Below, piece after piece: positions 52,242 through 61,011 of a stretch of 64,000 bases of DNA. The notes under the pieces were generated by a model that saw only the letters and a list, made by a program, of their open reading frames with translations, had not been told where the DNA came from and made no database searches. A program made the position numbers and the translations under genes. Position 1 is the first letter of the stretch. Each line of letters opens with the position of its first letter. The DNA comes from an uncultured Acidobacteriota bacterium (GTDB lineage Bacteria; Actinomycetota; Acidimicrobiia; Spongiisociales; ZC4RG35): NCBI GenBank assembly GCA_963828465.1, contig CAWHEU010000004.1:1340-65339 (forward strand), written 5' to 3'.

Positions 52242-53112
52242 CTACTCGCTGGTGCGGAACGAGACGTGCCAGGGCATGAGCCACCGCTCTGCGGCCAGGA
52301 TCAGCAGATAGAAGGCGACGCCCAGGATCGAGGCCACGAGGATCGCCGCCCACGCATCAGGGAACTGAAACAGTTGTGCCCGGTTGACGATGTACTGGCC
52401 GAGCACGTCCTGAGGGCCGCCGAAGTACTCGGCGATGATTGCGGCGATCAGCGACAGCACGCTGGCCACCTTGAGGGATGAGAAGAAATAGGGCAAGGCC
52501 CTAGGGATGCGGATCCTGCGTGTCACCTCCGACGGGCTCGCCGCCAGCGATCGCATCAGCTCGAGCTCGGCGGGGTCGACCTCGAGGAGCCCTCGTGTGG
52601 TGTTGATCATCACGGGGAAATAGACCACCACCGCCACGACGGCCATCTTGGAGAACGGGTTGGTCAATCCGAACCAGTTGTTGAAAATCGGCGCCAGAGC
52701 CGCGATCGGGGTTGCGTTGAGGACGATGGCAAGAGGGAGCACGCCTTGCCGGAACCCGACCCAATGGGCCGCCGCTAGTGAGGTAGCGACGGCCAGACTG
52801 GTGCCTATGACGAAGACCGCCGGCCGCCTCGAACAGGGTCCTCATCCCGGCACCCCAGATCACGCCGAAGGTCTCCGAGAAGCTGGTCAGGATCTCGCTT
52901 GGCTTGGAGAGGACGAATGACTCCACTCCGAACAGCCTCGTGAGCCCTTCCCAGACGAGGAGCACAGCAAGAAAGGCGAAGACGGCCGGCAGATAGCGCC
53001 GCACCAGCCGTGCCGGAGACGACCGCCGGCCGCTTGCCGGGACATCGCCTTCGAATGAGGCGAATACATCGGTGATCGACGTCTCCTGGATCTGGTCGTC
53101 ACGCTCGGTCAT
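52242..53112 (-). pseudogene. ABC transporter permease (NitT/TauT family), interrupted as sequenced by a 1-nt frameshift near 52812-52824
   Basis: The N-terminal frame ends '..GAGMRTLFEAAGG'. The +1 frame continues 'AVFVIGTSLAVATSLAAAHWVGFRQGVLPLAIVLNATPIAALAPIF...'. Confidence 0.7.
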
Positions 53113-53897
53113 GACCCGCTGCTCCCCGATTCGCCGCGGCGCAGAGCTTCCCTCACCTCGATCACCAGCTCGAAGTATCTCGGGTCCTCGCGCGTGTCCA
53201 GGTCACGCTTCGGAGGGAGGTCGACCACGATCTCGTCGCTGATCCGGCCCGGCCGGGGTGACATCACCACCACCCTCGTCGAGAGGAACACGGCCTCGGG
53301 GATGGAGTGAGTGACAAAGACGACACTGGTCCCGGTCTCCCCCCACACCCGAAGCACCTCTTGCTGCATCGCTTCCCGGGTCATTTCGTCGAGGGCGCCG
53401 AACGGCTCGTCCATCAGGAGCAGGGCCGGTCGGAAGGCCAGCGCCCTGGCGATGGCCACCCTTTGCTGCATGCCGCCGGAGAGTTGCCACGGGTAGTGGT
53501 CGGCGAACCCCCCGAGTTGGACCAGGTCGAGCATCTCCTTGGCCCGGGTCGGTCGCTCGGCGTCGGGGAAGTCCATGATCTCGAGGGGCAGCTCGACGTT
53601 CTTTTGGACGTTGCGCCAGTCCAGCAATGTCGCCGACTGGAACACGATGCCGTAATCACGATCGAGACGGGCCTGGCCCGGATCTTTCCCGTTGACCACG
53701 AGAGTCCCGGTGGTCGGGCTGACCAGATCGCCGATGAGTCGGAGGAGGGTGGACTTGCCACAACCCGAGGGGCCGATCAAGGAGACGAAGTCGCCGCCCG
53801 CTATCTCGAGGTCGATGCCCCGCAGAGCCTCGGTTTCCGCGTCTCCTGTGCCGAAGACCTTGCCCAGACCCCGCGCTTCCACGACCGGCGCGCTCAA
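53109..53897 (-). CDS. ABC transporter ATP-binding protein
   Basis: Walker A 'GPSGCGKST', signature 'LSGGMQQRV', Walker B 'LLLMDEPF'. Confidence 0.9.
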   Translation of the reverse strand: MSAPVVEARGLGKVFGTGDAETEALRGIDLEIAGGDFVSLIGPSGCGKSTLLRLIGDLVSPTTGTLVVNGKDPGQARLDRDYGIVFQSATLLDWRNVQKNVELPLEIMDFPDAERPTRAKEMLDLVQLGGFADHYPWQLSGGMQQRVAIARALAFRPALLLMDEPFGALDEMTREAMQQEVLRVWGETGTSVVFVTHSIPEAVFLSTRVVVMSPRPGRISDEIVVDLPPKRDLDTREDPRYFELVIEVREALRRGESGSSGS

Positions 53898-54742
53898 GCG
53901 GCCAGCCTCCGATTGGCCCCGATCCAGCGGTGCTCGAGCGCGGTGATGAGGCCGACGAAGGCGATTCCGGCCAGCCCGGCAATCAATACCGCGGCAAACA
54001 GCTTCTCAGGCGCCGCGGTGAATTGCTGGGAGAACTGGAGCAGGTCCCGCCCAAGGCCGCCGCGCAGCCCGGCGGGGAGCTCACCGACGATCGCCCCGAT
54101 GACGCTGGCTGCCGCCGAGACCTTGAGAGCAGTGAAAATGTATGGCATCGCTGCCGGGACCTGGAGCTTCCAGAGGACTTCGCCAGGCGTGCTGGCATAT
54201 GACCTCATCAACTCCATCGAGGTCGGGTGTGGCGAGCGCAACCCTCGCAGGGTGTTGATGGCCACCGGGAAGAAGGTCAGATAGGCGGCGATGAGCGAGA
54301 CGCTCAACCACTGGGGCAGGTTCGCGCGGCCGCCCCAAACCACCACCATCGGGGCGATGGCAATGATGGGAACGGTCTGGGAGGCGACGACATAGGGCAT
54401 GAAGGCGCCGCTCCGGACATGGTCGACCTGACGAACAGGACACCCGAGTCCAAATCCCACGGCTCCGCCGATCAGAAACCCGACAAACGCCTCACGCAGC
54501 GTCATCAGAGCCGCCCTCAGCTCCACGAAGATGAACGGCGGGCCGTTGCGCTGGGCCGGCTGGAAGAGCGCCAGGAAGATGTCCCACGTGTGAGGCATCG
54601 TGCGATTGTCGGGCCGCACAGGGTTCTCCCAACCCATCGCGGTCCAGATCAGCTTGTAGCCCTCCCAGAGCAAGACGAACACGACGACGACAGCCAGGAT
54701 CGAGATACCGGCCCGAGCAACCCGTCGATTCGCTCCTCCCAT
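53894..54742 (-). CDS. ABC transporter permease (NitT/TauT family)
   Basis: Six TM segments and an EAA-like loop 'ELMRSYASTPGEVLWKLQVPAAMPY'. 4-nt overlap with the ATPase gene. Confidence 0.8.
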   Translation of the reverse strand: MGGANRRVARAGISILAVVVVFVLLWEGYKLIWTAMGWENPVRPDNRTMPHTWDIFLALFQPAQRNGPPFIFVELRAALMTLREAFVGFLIGGAVGFGLGCPVRQVDHVRSGAFMPYVVASQTVPIIAIAPMVVVWGGRANLPQWLSVSLIAAYLTFFPVAINTLRGLRSPHPTSMELMRSYASTPGEVLWKLQVPAAMPYIFTALKVSAAASVIGAIVGELPAGLRGGLGRDLLQFSQQFTAAPEKLFAAVLIAGLAGIAFVGLITALEHRWIGANRRLAA

Positions 54743-54782
54743 GGCGGCGAGACTCTAACGAGGGACCGCCAGGCTCGATCGG

Positions 54783-56031
54783 TCAGTGCCCCACCGAGCG
54801 AGGCTCGTCGTTCGGATCGGGAAACCCGGTGCGCGGGACCTCGACGGCACGTGTGCGATCGAGCCGCTTCGCCGTCGGGAAGAACAGAAGGGCGAAGGCG
54901 GCAAGGGCGAGACCGGAAAGGATGAGGGTTCGTTGGACGCCGAAGATTCCGGCGAGTACGGGGGCGATGGCGAGGGGCAGCAGATGGCCCACCTCGGAAT
55001 GGACCTGGGTAACCCCGGTGATCCTCCCCATCAGGGATTCGGGGCTGTTGAGCTGGATGAGGGTGCGCAGCAGCGGCGCCATGACCCCGATGATCAGACC
55101 CCAGAACACACCGGCCACCACCACCACCCGTAGTTGATCGGTCCCGACGTAGGCGAGCACCCCAACCGAGTTGAGGGCGACGATCAGTACCAGCGAACGG
55201 GCGGTGCGGTATCTCGCCGGGAGACGGGATGCGATCCATGTGCCAGCCACCAGGCCGAGCCCGAAGATCGAGTTGACCCAGCCCAATGTCGCCGGCTCCA
55301 CCTTGAGGATGTCCCGGTAGAACAGAGGCTCCAAGGCGCTGAAGGTCCCGAACAGGACCCAAACCGAGGAACCGATCAAGATGTAGAAGCGAAGCCGATG
55401 GTGGCTGTACGCGTAGGTGAATCCCTCGCGTAGCTCACGCAGACCCTCCTTCTCCTTCTCCTCCCGGGCCATTTTCCGCACCGAGACTGGGATCACAATC
55501 AAGGCCGCAATCGCCGAGGTGGCGGCGTCGAGGACGAAGATGCCATCGAGCCCAACAGTGCTGGCGATGATCGCACCGAGGGCGGGGCCCAGCGACGAAG
55601 GCGGCCCACGCCGCACCCTCGATGTACCCGTTGATGCGGGCCAAACGATCGGGGTCGTCGGTCAGGAAGGGGCCGAACGAAGAGATGGCGGTGAACACCG
55701 GCATGCCAACCAGACCGAGGAGGAAGGTCGCCACTACCAATGCGGGAAGGGTGTCTGCGAAAACCATTCCGAGCGCCACCGGGATGAACACGATCTCAGC
55801 AGCAATTAGGACTCGGCGTGGGTCGAAACGATCGACCAACACCCCGGCCACCGCAGAGCCGATCAGGGAGGCGACGCCGAGGGCCGCCATGACGGCAGCC
55901 ACGCCCGCAGCCGTGGCGTTCAACTCAAATGCTGCCTTGCCCCAGATGCCGACGAAGAAAGCCGCTTCTCCCCCGCTGCGGGAGATGAATCGAGCCAGGA
56001 CAACCCGTCTGACATCACGATCCGCCCACAT
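54783..56031 (-). pseudogene. MFS transporter, interrupted as sequenced by a 1-nt frameshift at a G4/C4 run (55584-55587)
   Basis: '..INGYIEGAAWAAFVAGP' is in one frame and 'ALGAIIASTVGLDGIFVLDA...' is in the +1 frame. The span is 1249 nt, which is 416 codons plus 1 nt. Confidence 0.7.
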
Positions 56032-56090
56032 GAAGTGTGACGGTACCCGGGGCCTCGGACGCTCTTTCCCGCATTTTCCGGTGGGAAGCC

Positions 56091-56813
56091 CTAACTGTCC
56101 GGCGTGAAGGAGATCAGCTCGATTCGGCCACTGCCACCCACGACTGTGGTCTCGAGCACTACGCCCACCCCCGAGGCGTAATACTTCTCCTCGACCACGT
56201 CCGGTTCCAGCGGTGTCCACTCCTCGATGACGATGAGGTCATCGAATGCCCCGAACGCCACCTCCTCGCTCACACCAGTTTGGACCACCTCTGCCATGTC
56301 TTCGGCCTCGCCCGGGTAGTACTCCTGCCGATAGCTGTCGCCGACAGTCGGCTCCATTCCCATAACGATTCCGGGCATCGCCCCGTCGACGCCTGCTTCC
56401 CAGGCGCCGGCCGTCGACACGATCTCGCCGTCCTCGTATTCAGCCGTTTCCTCACCGAAATACCAGACGTTGCCCTCCTGATCCTGGGCATACCAGTCGT
56501 ACGTGTCCTCCACCAGCTCCCCATCGACCGTCACCGTGTCTCGGACGACTGTGGTGGAGACTCCCATGACCGTTCGCTTCTCTTCGGTCACGACCACTTC
56601 GATTCGCTCGACCTCTTCTCCGCCGATCGACTCGTAAACCCACTTGCTACCGGGACGAAACGGGAGTCGATCGTTGTCGATCTCCGGCACGAAATCCGCG
56701 GGATCGATGGTGACCGAATAGTCGCCACCATCGCCTGGGTCGATCGGATCGGCCGTGGCTCCGGCACAGCCCGCCAGAAAAATCAGGAAAAGGAGGAGTT
56801 TTACCTTCGCCAT
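56091..56813 (-). CDS. Hypothetical acidic lipoprotein
   Basis: Lipobox 'LIFLAGCAG'. The beta-rich acidic mature part gave no family I recognised. Confidence 0.5.
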   Translation of the reverse strand: MAKVKLLLFLIFLAGCAGATADPIDPGDGGDYSVTIDPADFVPEIDNDRLPFRPGSKWVYESIGGEEVERIEVVVTEEKRTVMGVSTTVVRDTVTVDGELVEDTYDWYAQDQEGNVWYFGEETAEYEDGEIVSTAGAWEAGVDGAMPGIVMGMEPTVGDSYRQEYYPGEAEDMAEVVQTGVSEEVAFGAFDDLIVIEEWTPLEPDVVEEKYYASGVGVVLETTVVGGSGRIELISFTPDS

Positions 56814-56823
56814 GGTCGGTACC

Positions 56824-56859
56824 ATATATCAAAACACGATATAGTTCAAGTAGATATAG
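56824..56859. promoter_or_regulatory. AT-rich repeat cluster (ATATATC-N7-GATATAG-N8-GATATAG), candidate PadR operator
   Basis: Read directly between the divergent lipoprotein start (56813) and the PadR start (56869). Confidence 0.4.
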
Positions 56860-56868
56860 TCATCGCAA

Positions 56869-57198
56869 ATGGCCCTCCCTACCTCTCATTTCCACATCCT
56901 GTTCGCTCTTGCCGAGGAGGATCGGCACGGCTATTCGATCATGAAGGAAACCGAGGAGCTGACGCAAGGAGACGTCCGTCTAGGGCCGGGAGCCCTCTAC
57001 GTCGCTCTCGGGAAGCTCGCCGACCAGGGCCTCATCGAGGAGAGCGAAGAACGACCCGCCCCCGATCTCGATGACGCGCGTCGCCGGTATTACCGGATCA
57101 CCGATGATGGCAGGGCAGCGTTGGGCGGCGAGTTGCAGCGTCTACATCGGGTCATGGAGCACGCCAGACGGGCTGACCTCGGATGGAGCCCGACATGA
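56869..57198 (+). CDS. PadR family transcriptional regulator
   Basis: 'HILFALAEEDRHGYSIMKE..GPGALYVALGKLADQGLIEE'. Confidence 0.85.
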   Translation: MALPTSHFHILFALAEEDRHGYSIMKETEELTQGDVRLGPGALYVALGKLADQGLIEESEERPAPDLDDARRRYYRITDDGRAALGGELQRLHRVMEHARRADLGWSPT

Positions 57199-57746
57199 GC
57201 CCCGCATCAATCCGCCGCCATCAGGGGATGTATCGACGGCTGGTAGCCGTCACGCCAGAGGCGCATCGCTCGCGACACGGAGAGGCGCAAGTCGTCCTGT
57301 TTGGGGATCTCCTCAGCAAGGGAGAAAACCCCCTCCGATTGTGGATGCGGGCGCTCCCTGACCTGATCACGGTCATCAGACAGACCAGTGTCCGATTGCC
57401 TGATCGCACCACCCGCATCGCCCTCGGCATCGCCTCGCTTGGCCCAATCGCTCTCGGGATGTTCCTCGGGTGGATCTCCATCGATGAGTACGGCGACGTA
57501 CCGATTCTGTTCCCGATCACGGCGATGGCCCTCGTGTTGCAAGGTGTGTTCACTTTGCTCTGGCTGAGTCATGCGCTCGACCACTGGGAGAAGAACGCCA
57601 GGGCTGTCTTCGTGGCCGGCGAGGCGGTCGCCTTGATCGTCGGTTCGATCATCGCGATCGGTTCCAGCGTCCTCCCCGGCACCATGATCGCCGGTGTCGT
57701 CATCGCTACCCAGGCAGGCCTCGGATTGGTCGTAGCCAGGCATTGA
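57195..57746 (+). CDS. Hypothetical membrane protein co-transcribed with PadR
   Basis: ATGA overlap with the PadR stop; 4 hydrophobic segments. Confidence 0.5.
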   Translation: MSPASIRRHQGMYRRLVAVTPEAHRSRHGEAQVVLFGDLLSKGENPLRLWMRALPDLITVIRQTSVRLPDRTTRIALGIASLGPIALGMFLGWISIDEYGDVPILFPITAMALVLQGVFTLLWLSHALDHWEKNARAVFVAGEAVALIVGSIIAIGSSVLPGTMIAGVVIATQAGLGLVVARH

Positions 57747-58927
57747 CCGGGGTGCGCACCGTCTCTAATGACGAACGACGAGCACGCCTGGCGATCAGGC
57801 ATCGGCTCGTTGCCCCGGCCGACGGTGTCGTCGAGGCCGCCGATTCGATGACCTGCCTCCACTCTTCAGACCCTGCCACGGTCTACCTGTCTGCCCGCGC
57901 CCGGGTACAGGGGTTCAAGCAGGGCGACCTGGAGCACGCCCTCTATGAGGAAAAGTCGCTGGCGCGGATCCATGCCATGAGACGCACCCTGTTCGTGGTG
58001 CCGGTCGGGATGGTCTCGATGCTCCATCACTCTTCGACAGTGGCACTGATCGGTCCGGAGCGGAAACGACTGGCGGGATGGTTGGAGAGTTCCGGCATCG
58101 CCAAAGACGGCGCGACGTGGATCGAAGCCGTCTCAAAGAAGACAGTGGCGGCATTGCGGGGACGGGGGGAGGCCGTCGCCGGCGAGCTGAGCAAGGACGT
58201 CCCCGAGCTGAAAGAGAAGATCACCTTCTACAAGGCCGATGGCTCGGTCCAAACCACCGTGGGGATGACGACCCGAATCCTCTTTCTCCTCGCCACCGAG
58301 GGAAAAGTGATACGGGTGCGACCGAAGGGGACCTGGGTCAGCGGCATGTACCGCTGGGCACCGATGGACGAGTGGCTGGGGGGGCCGATTCCCGAGGTCT
58401 CAAAACTCGAAGCGCAGGTTGGAGTCCTACGGAAGTGGCTGACCACATTCGGCCCCGGGAGCGAGGTCGACATGAAATGGTGGACAGGATGGCCGGTTAC
58501 CCAGGTGCGTGCGGCCTTGGCGACGATCGGCGCGGTCGAGGTCGACCTGGAACCGGGTACGGGATATCTCCTACCCGATGACCTGGATCGGGTGCAACCG
58601 GTTGACCCGTGGGTAGCGCTGCTCCCGTCACTCGATCCGACCACGATGGGCTGGAAGGAACGGGAGTGGTACCTAGGACCTCACGCCCCCCGGTTGTTCG
58701 ACAGCAACGGGAACGCCGGGCAGACGATTTGGGTAGATGGGAAGATCGTCGGTGCCTGGGGGCAACGGAACTCCGGTGAGGTGGTGTGGGAGGTGCTCGA
58801 GGACATCGGCCGCGAGAGCCTCGCCGAAGTCGAGCGTCAGGCGGCGGAAGTGGAGACCTGGCTCAGCGACAAGAGAGTCATCGCCCGCTTCGCTTCCCCG
58901 CTGGACCGCGAGCTGTCGGCTCGCTGA
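57743..58927 (+). CDS. Winged-helix DNA-binding domain protein of the YcaQ/AlkZ-like (HTH_42) family
   Basis: 'RRARLAIRHRL', 'SSDPATVYLSARARV' and 'HAMRRTLFVVP' resemble the family N-terminal pattern; 394 aa. Confidence 0.65.
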   Translation: MTGVRTVSNDERRARLAIRHRLVAPADGVVEAADSMTCLHSSDPATVYLSARARVQGFKQGDLEHALYEEKSLARIHAMRRTLFVVPVGMVSMLHHSSTVALIGPERKRLAGWLESSGIAKDGATWIEAVSKKTVAALRGRGEAVAGELSKDVPELKEKITFYKADGSVQTTVGMTTRILFLLATEGKVIRVRPKGTWVSGMYRWAPMDEWLGGPIPEVSKLEAQVGVLRKWLTTFGPGSEVDMKWWTGWPVTQVRAALATIGAVEVDLEPGTGYLLPDDLDRVQPVDPWVALLPSLDPTTMGWKEREWYLGPHAPRLFDSNGNAGQTIWVDGKIVGAWGQRNSGEVVWEVLEDIGRESLAEVERQAAEVETWLSDKRVIARFASPLDRELSAR

Positions 58928-58950
58928 CTGCGCTCGCTTATCGTAAAAGC

Positions 58951-59280
58951 ATGACCTCCCTCCAAGTCCGCGTTCGGGAAGATCTGGCCGAGGCAATGAG
59001 GGATCGCGACATGGCGAGGGTCAAGGTCCTCCGCACCACGATGTCGGCCATTCAGAACGCAGAGGCCGTCGAAGGTGTCGCCTCGGTCGAGGGAGTCGTT
59101 GGCTACAGCGACGTGCAGCGCCGGTCGTTGACCGACGACGACGTCCTCGAGATCATCATCCGCGAGATCGAGGAGTTCGAGGGATCCGTTGCGGAATACC
59201 GGCAGATCGGCCAGACGGAGAGGGCGGATGGATTGCAGAGGGAGCTCGATGTGCTGCGGAGCTACCTCAACCCTGACTGA
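58951..59280 (+). CDS. GatB/YqeY domain protein
   Basis: 'VREDLAEAMRDRDMARVKVLRTTMSAIQNAE'; 109 aa. Confidence 0.8.
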   Translation: MTSLQVRVREDLAEAMRDRDMARVKVLRTTMSAIQNAEAVEGVASVEGVVGYSDVQRRSLTDDDVLEIIIREIEEFEGSVAEYRQIGQTERADGLQRELDVLRSYLNPD

Positions 59281-60229
59281 CCGGCGTTGGAACAGGCAAC
59301 GGCTGCTTGAACCGGCCTTCCGGAATCGGCGTTCCGGTCCGCACCAGCGCCAGCTGCCACGATGGAGACGCACCGAGGGCCCAGCGCAAACCGGCCACGA
59401 CTCCCTTCCCCACCCTCGCTGCCCCAGGTGTCTTGGTCAGTCCGAGCACGTCCCGCAGACGACCGGGGAGCGTGGCGACCGCTGCCTCCATCAGGAGTTT
59501 GTAACCGATCATCAGACCGGGCTCCAGGGGTGGGTCGGTGAGGAAATCCACCGCATCATCCATTTCGGGTGAGGGCGCCACCCCCGGATGCCGCTCGATC
59601 CATCGGGACAGCTCGGCGGCAGTCGTCGGCATCGGGTCGGCGCCGAGGAGGGCGCCCACACGTGTCTGCTCCAGGACGAACCGGTCAGCATTCTCTGGGC
59701 TGAGCCGATCGGTCCCGAAGGTCTGATAGGCCACGAGGAACGAATCCGTGAGGGCGTTGTGGACCCAGGCCGAGAACCCCGGGTCATCGGCGTCATAAGC
59801 GATGCCACGGCTGGAGGTCCCCGACACGACCCGATGGATGCGACGAACCTGGGCCACCGCCTGCTCGACCTCGGGCACGGCGCCATATGTGGTGGCGGTC
59901 ACATAGGCGGAGGTGCGTGACAGCCGGCCGAGCGGATCCTCCCGATAGCGTGAGTGGTCGCCCACACCGGCTACGACCTCGGGATGGGCCGCCTGAATCA
60001 GCAGAGCACGGACTCCGCCGACGAAGGAGGCGGCATCGCCGATGACGTGCCAGGACACCGATTCGGGACCGAACAGGCCCGGATCGCCGCGATAGAAGAG
60101 ACTGCGGGCCAGGGGGTAGGGGGCGTGGCGAAAGGGTGCGGTTGCCGAGGAAACGACGCGCGATCGCACGTCCTCGAAGAAGCGCTGGATCGGACCGCGA
60201 ACGCGGCTATCGCTGGACGTCGCCCCCAT
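59267..60229 (-). CDS. MpaB/DUF2236-family oxygenase-like protein
   Basis: 'FGPESVSWHVIGDAASFVGGVRALLIQAAHPEVVAGV' and 'DPLGRLSRT'. Confidence 0.7.
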   Translation of the reverse strand: MGATSSDSRVRGPIQRFFEDVRSRVVSSATAPFRHAPYPLARSLFYRGDPGLFGPESVSWHVIGDAASFVGGVRALLIQAAHPEVVAGVGDHSRYREDPLGRLSRTSAYVTATTYGAVPEVEQAVAQVRRIHRVVSGTSSRGIAYDADDPGFSAWVHNALTDSFLVAYQTFGTDRLSPENADRFVLEQTRVGALLGADPMPTTAAELSRWIERHPGVAPSPEMDDAVDFLTDPPLEPGLMIGYKLLMEAAVATLPGRLRDVLGLTKTPGAARVGKGVVAGLRWALGASPSWQLALVRTGTPIPEGRFKQPLPVPTPVSQG

Positions 60230-60740
60230 GTTTCGCAGCCAGATCGACGGTAGAGGTCTGCTCGACGGTGACGAAAGCTTCAGGGTTCGCCTCGTGAATC
60301 AGATGGGTCACTGACCACACCTCTTTCCTCGGGACGACGCAGAAGGTGACCCGCACCTCGCCGGACAGACCGTCACCATTGAGCACCGTCGCACCGTACC
60401 CCTGTTCCCGAAGCAAGGGCGCAACCGGGTCGGTGTGGACGGGCGCCACCACCCTGATGAGGGATTGGCCCAGTGCGAGCCACTCTTCGACCATCGAACC
60501 GGCGTAGGTGCCGGCGGCGAAGCCGAGAGCGAACGCGATCATCCGTGCCGGGTCCTCGAGACCGGCCAGGACTCTGGAGATGGCGATGACCCAGACAAGG
60601 GCTTCGAAGAATCCGAGCAGAGCGGCAGGCCCCCGCCGGCCTCGGCTGATCAGGACGATGCGCACGGTGGACATGCCCACGTCGAGAAGGCGCAGCGTGA
60701 ATATCAGGAACAGATCGAGAGCGAGCTGCACGCCCGCCAC
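60207..60740 (-). CDS. UPF0316/DUF2179-family membrane protein
   Basis: 'IFTLRLLDVGMSTVRIVLISRG', 3 TM segments and a C-terminal DUF2179-like domain. Confidence 0.65.
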   Translation of the reverse strand: MAGVQLALDLFLIFTLRLLDVGMSTVRIVLISRGRRGPAALLGFFEALVWVIAISRVLAGLEDPARMIAFALGFAAGTYAGSMVEEWLALGQSLIRVVAPVHTDPVAPLLREQGYGATVLNGDGLSGEVRVTFCVVPRKEVWSVTHLIHEANPEAFVTVEQTSTVDLAAKHGGDVQR

Positions 60741-60752
60741 GGTAGAACGTGC

Positions 60753-60983
60753 TCAGCGGGCCGCCTGGGAGATCTCTCCCGGCTCGAGGACGATCACCTT
60801 GCCACTGGTCTCATCGAGGACCACTCCAACCTGATCCCGGAGGATCTCAGCCTTGCGCTCCTCTTCGATCCGGTGCTCGGCGGCAGGGCTGAGCAAGACC
60901 TCGAGCTCGGCCATCGCATTGGACAGGGCAACACCCATCCCCATGCTGCGTTGCTTTGGCTTGGCGTCGCGGGAGCCGGGCAC
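60753..60983 (-). CDS. Small hypothetical protein (DUF6191-like); start uncertain
   Basis: 'LSPAAEHRIEEERKAE' resembles small actinobacterial proteins. The evidence is weak. Confidence 0.35.
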   Translation of the reverse strand: MPGSRDAKPKQRSMGMGVALSNAMAELEVLLSPAAEHRIEEERKAEILRDQVGVVLDETSGKVIVLEPGEISQAAR

Positions 60984-61011
60984 GACGAGGACGATACCTA
61001 CAGACCGAGAG

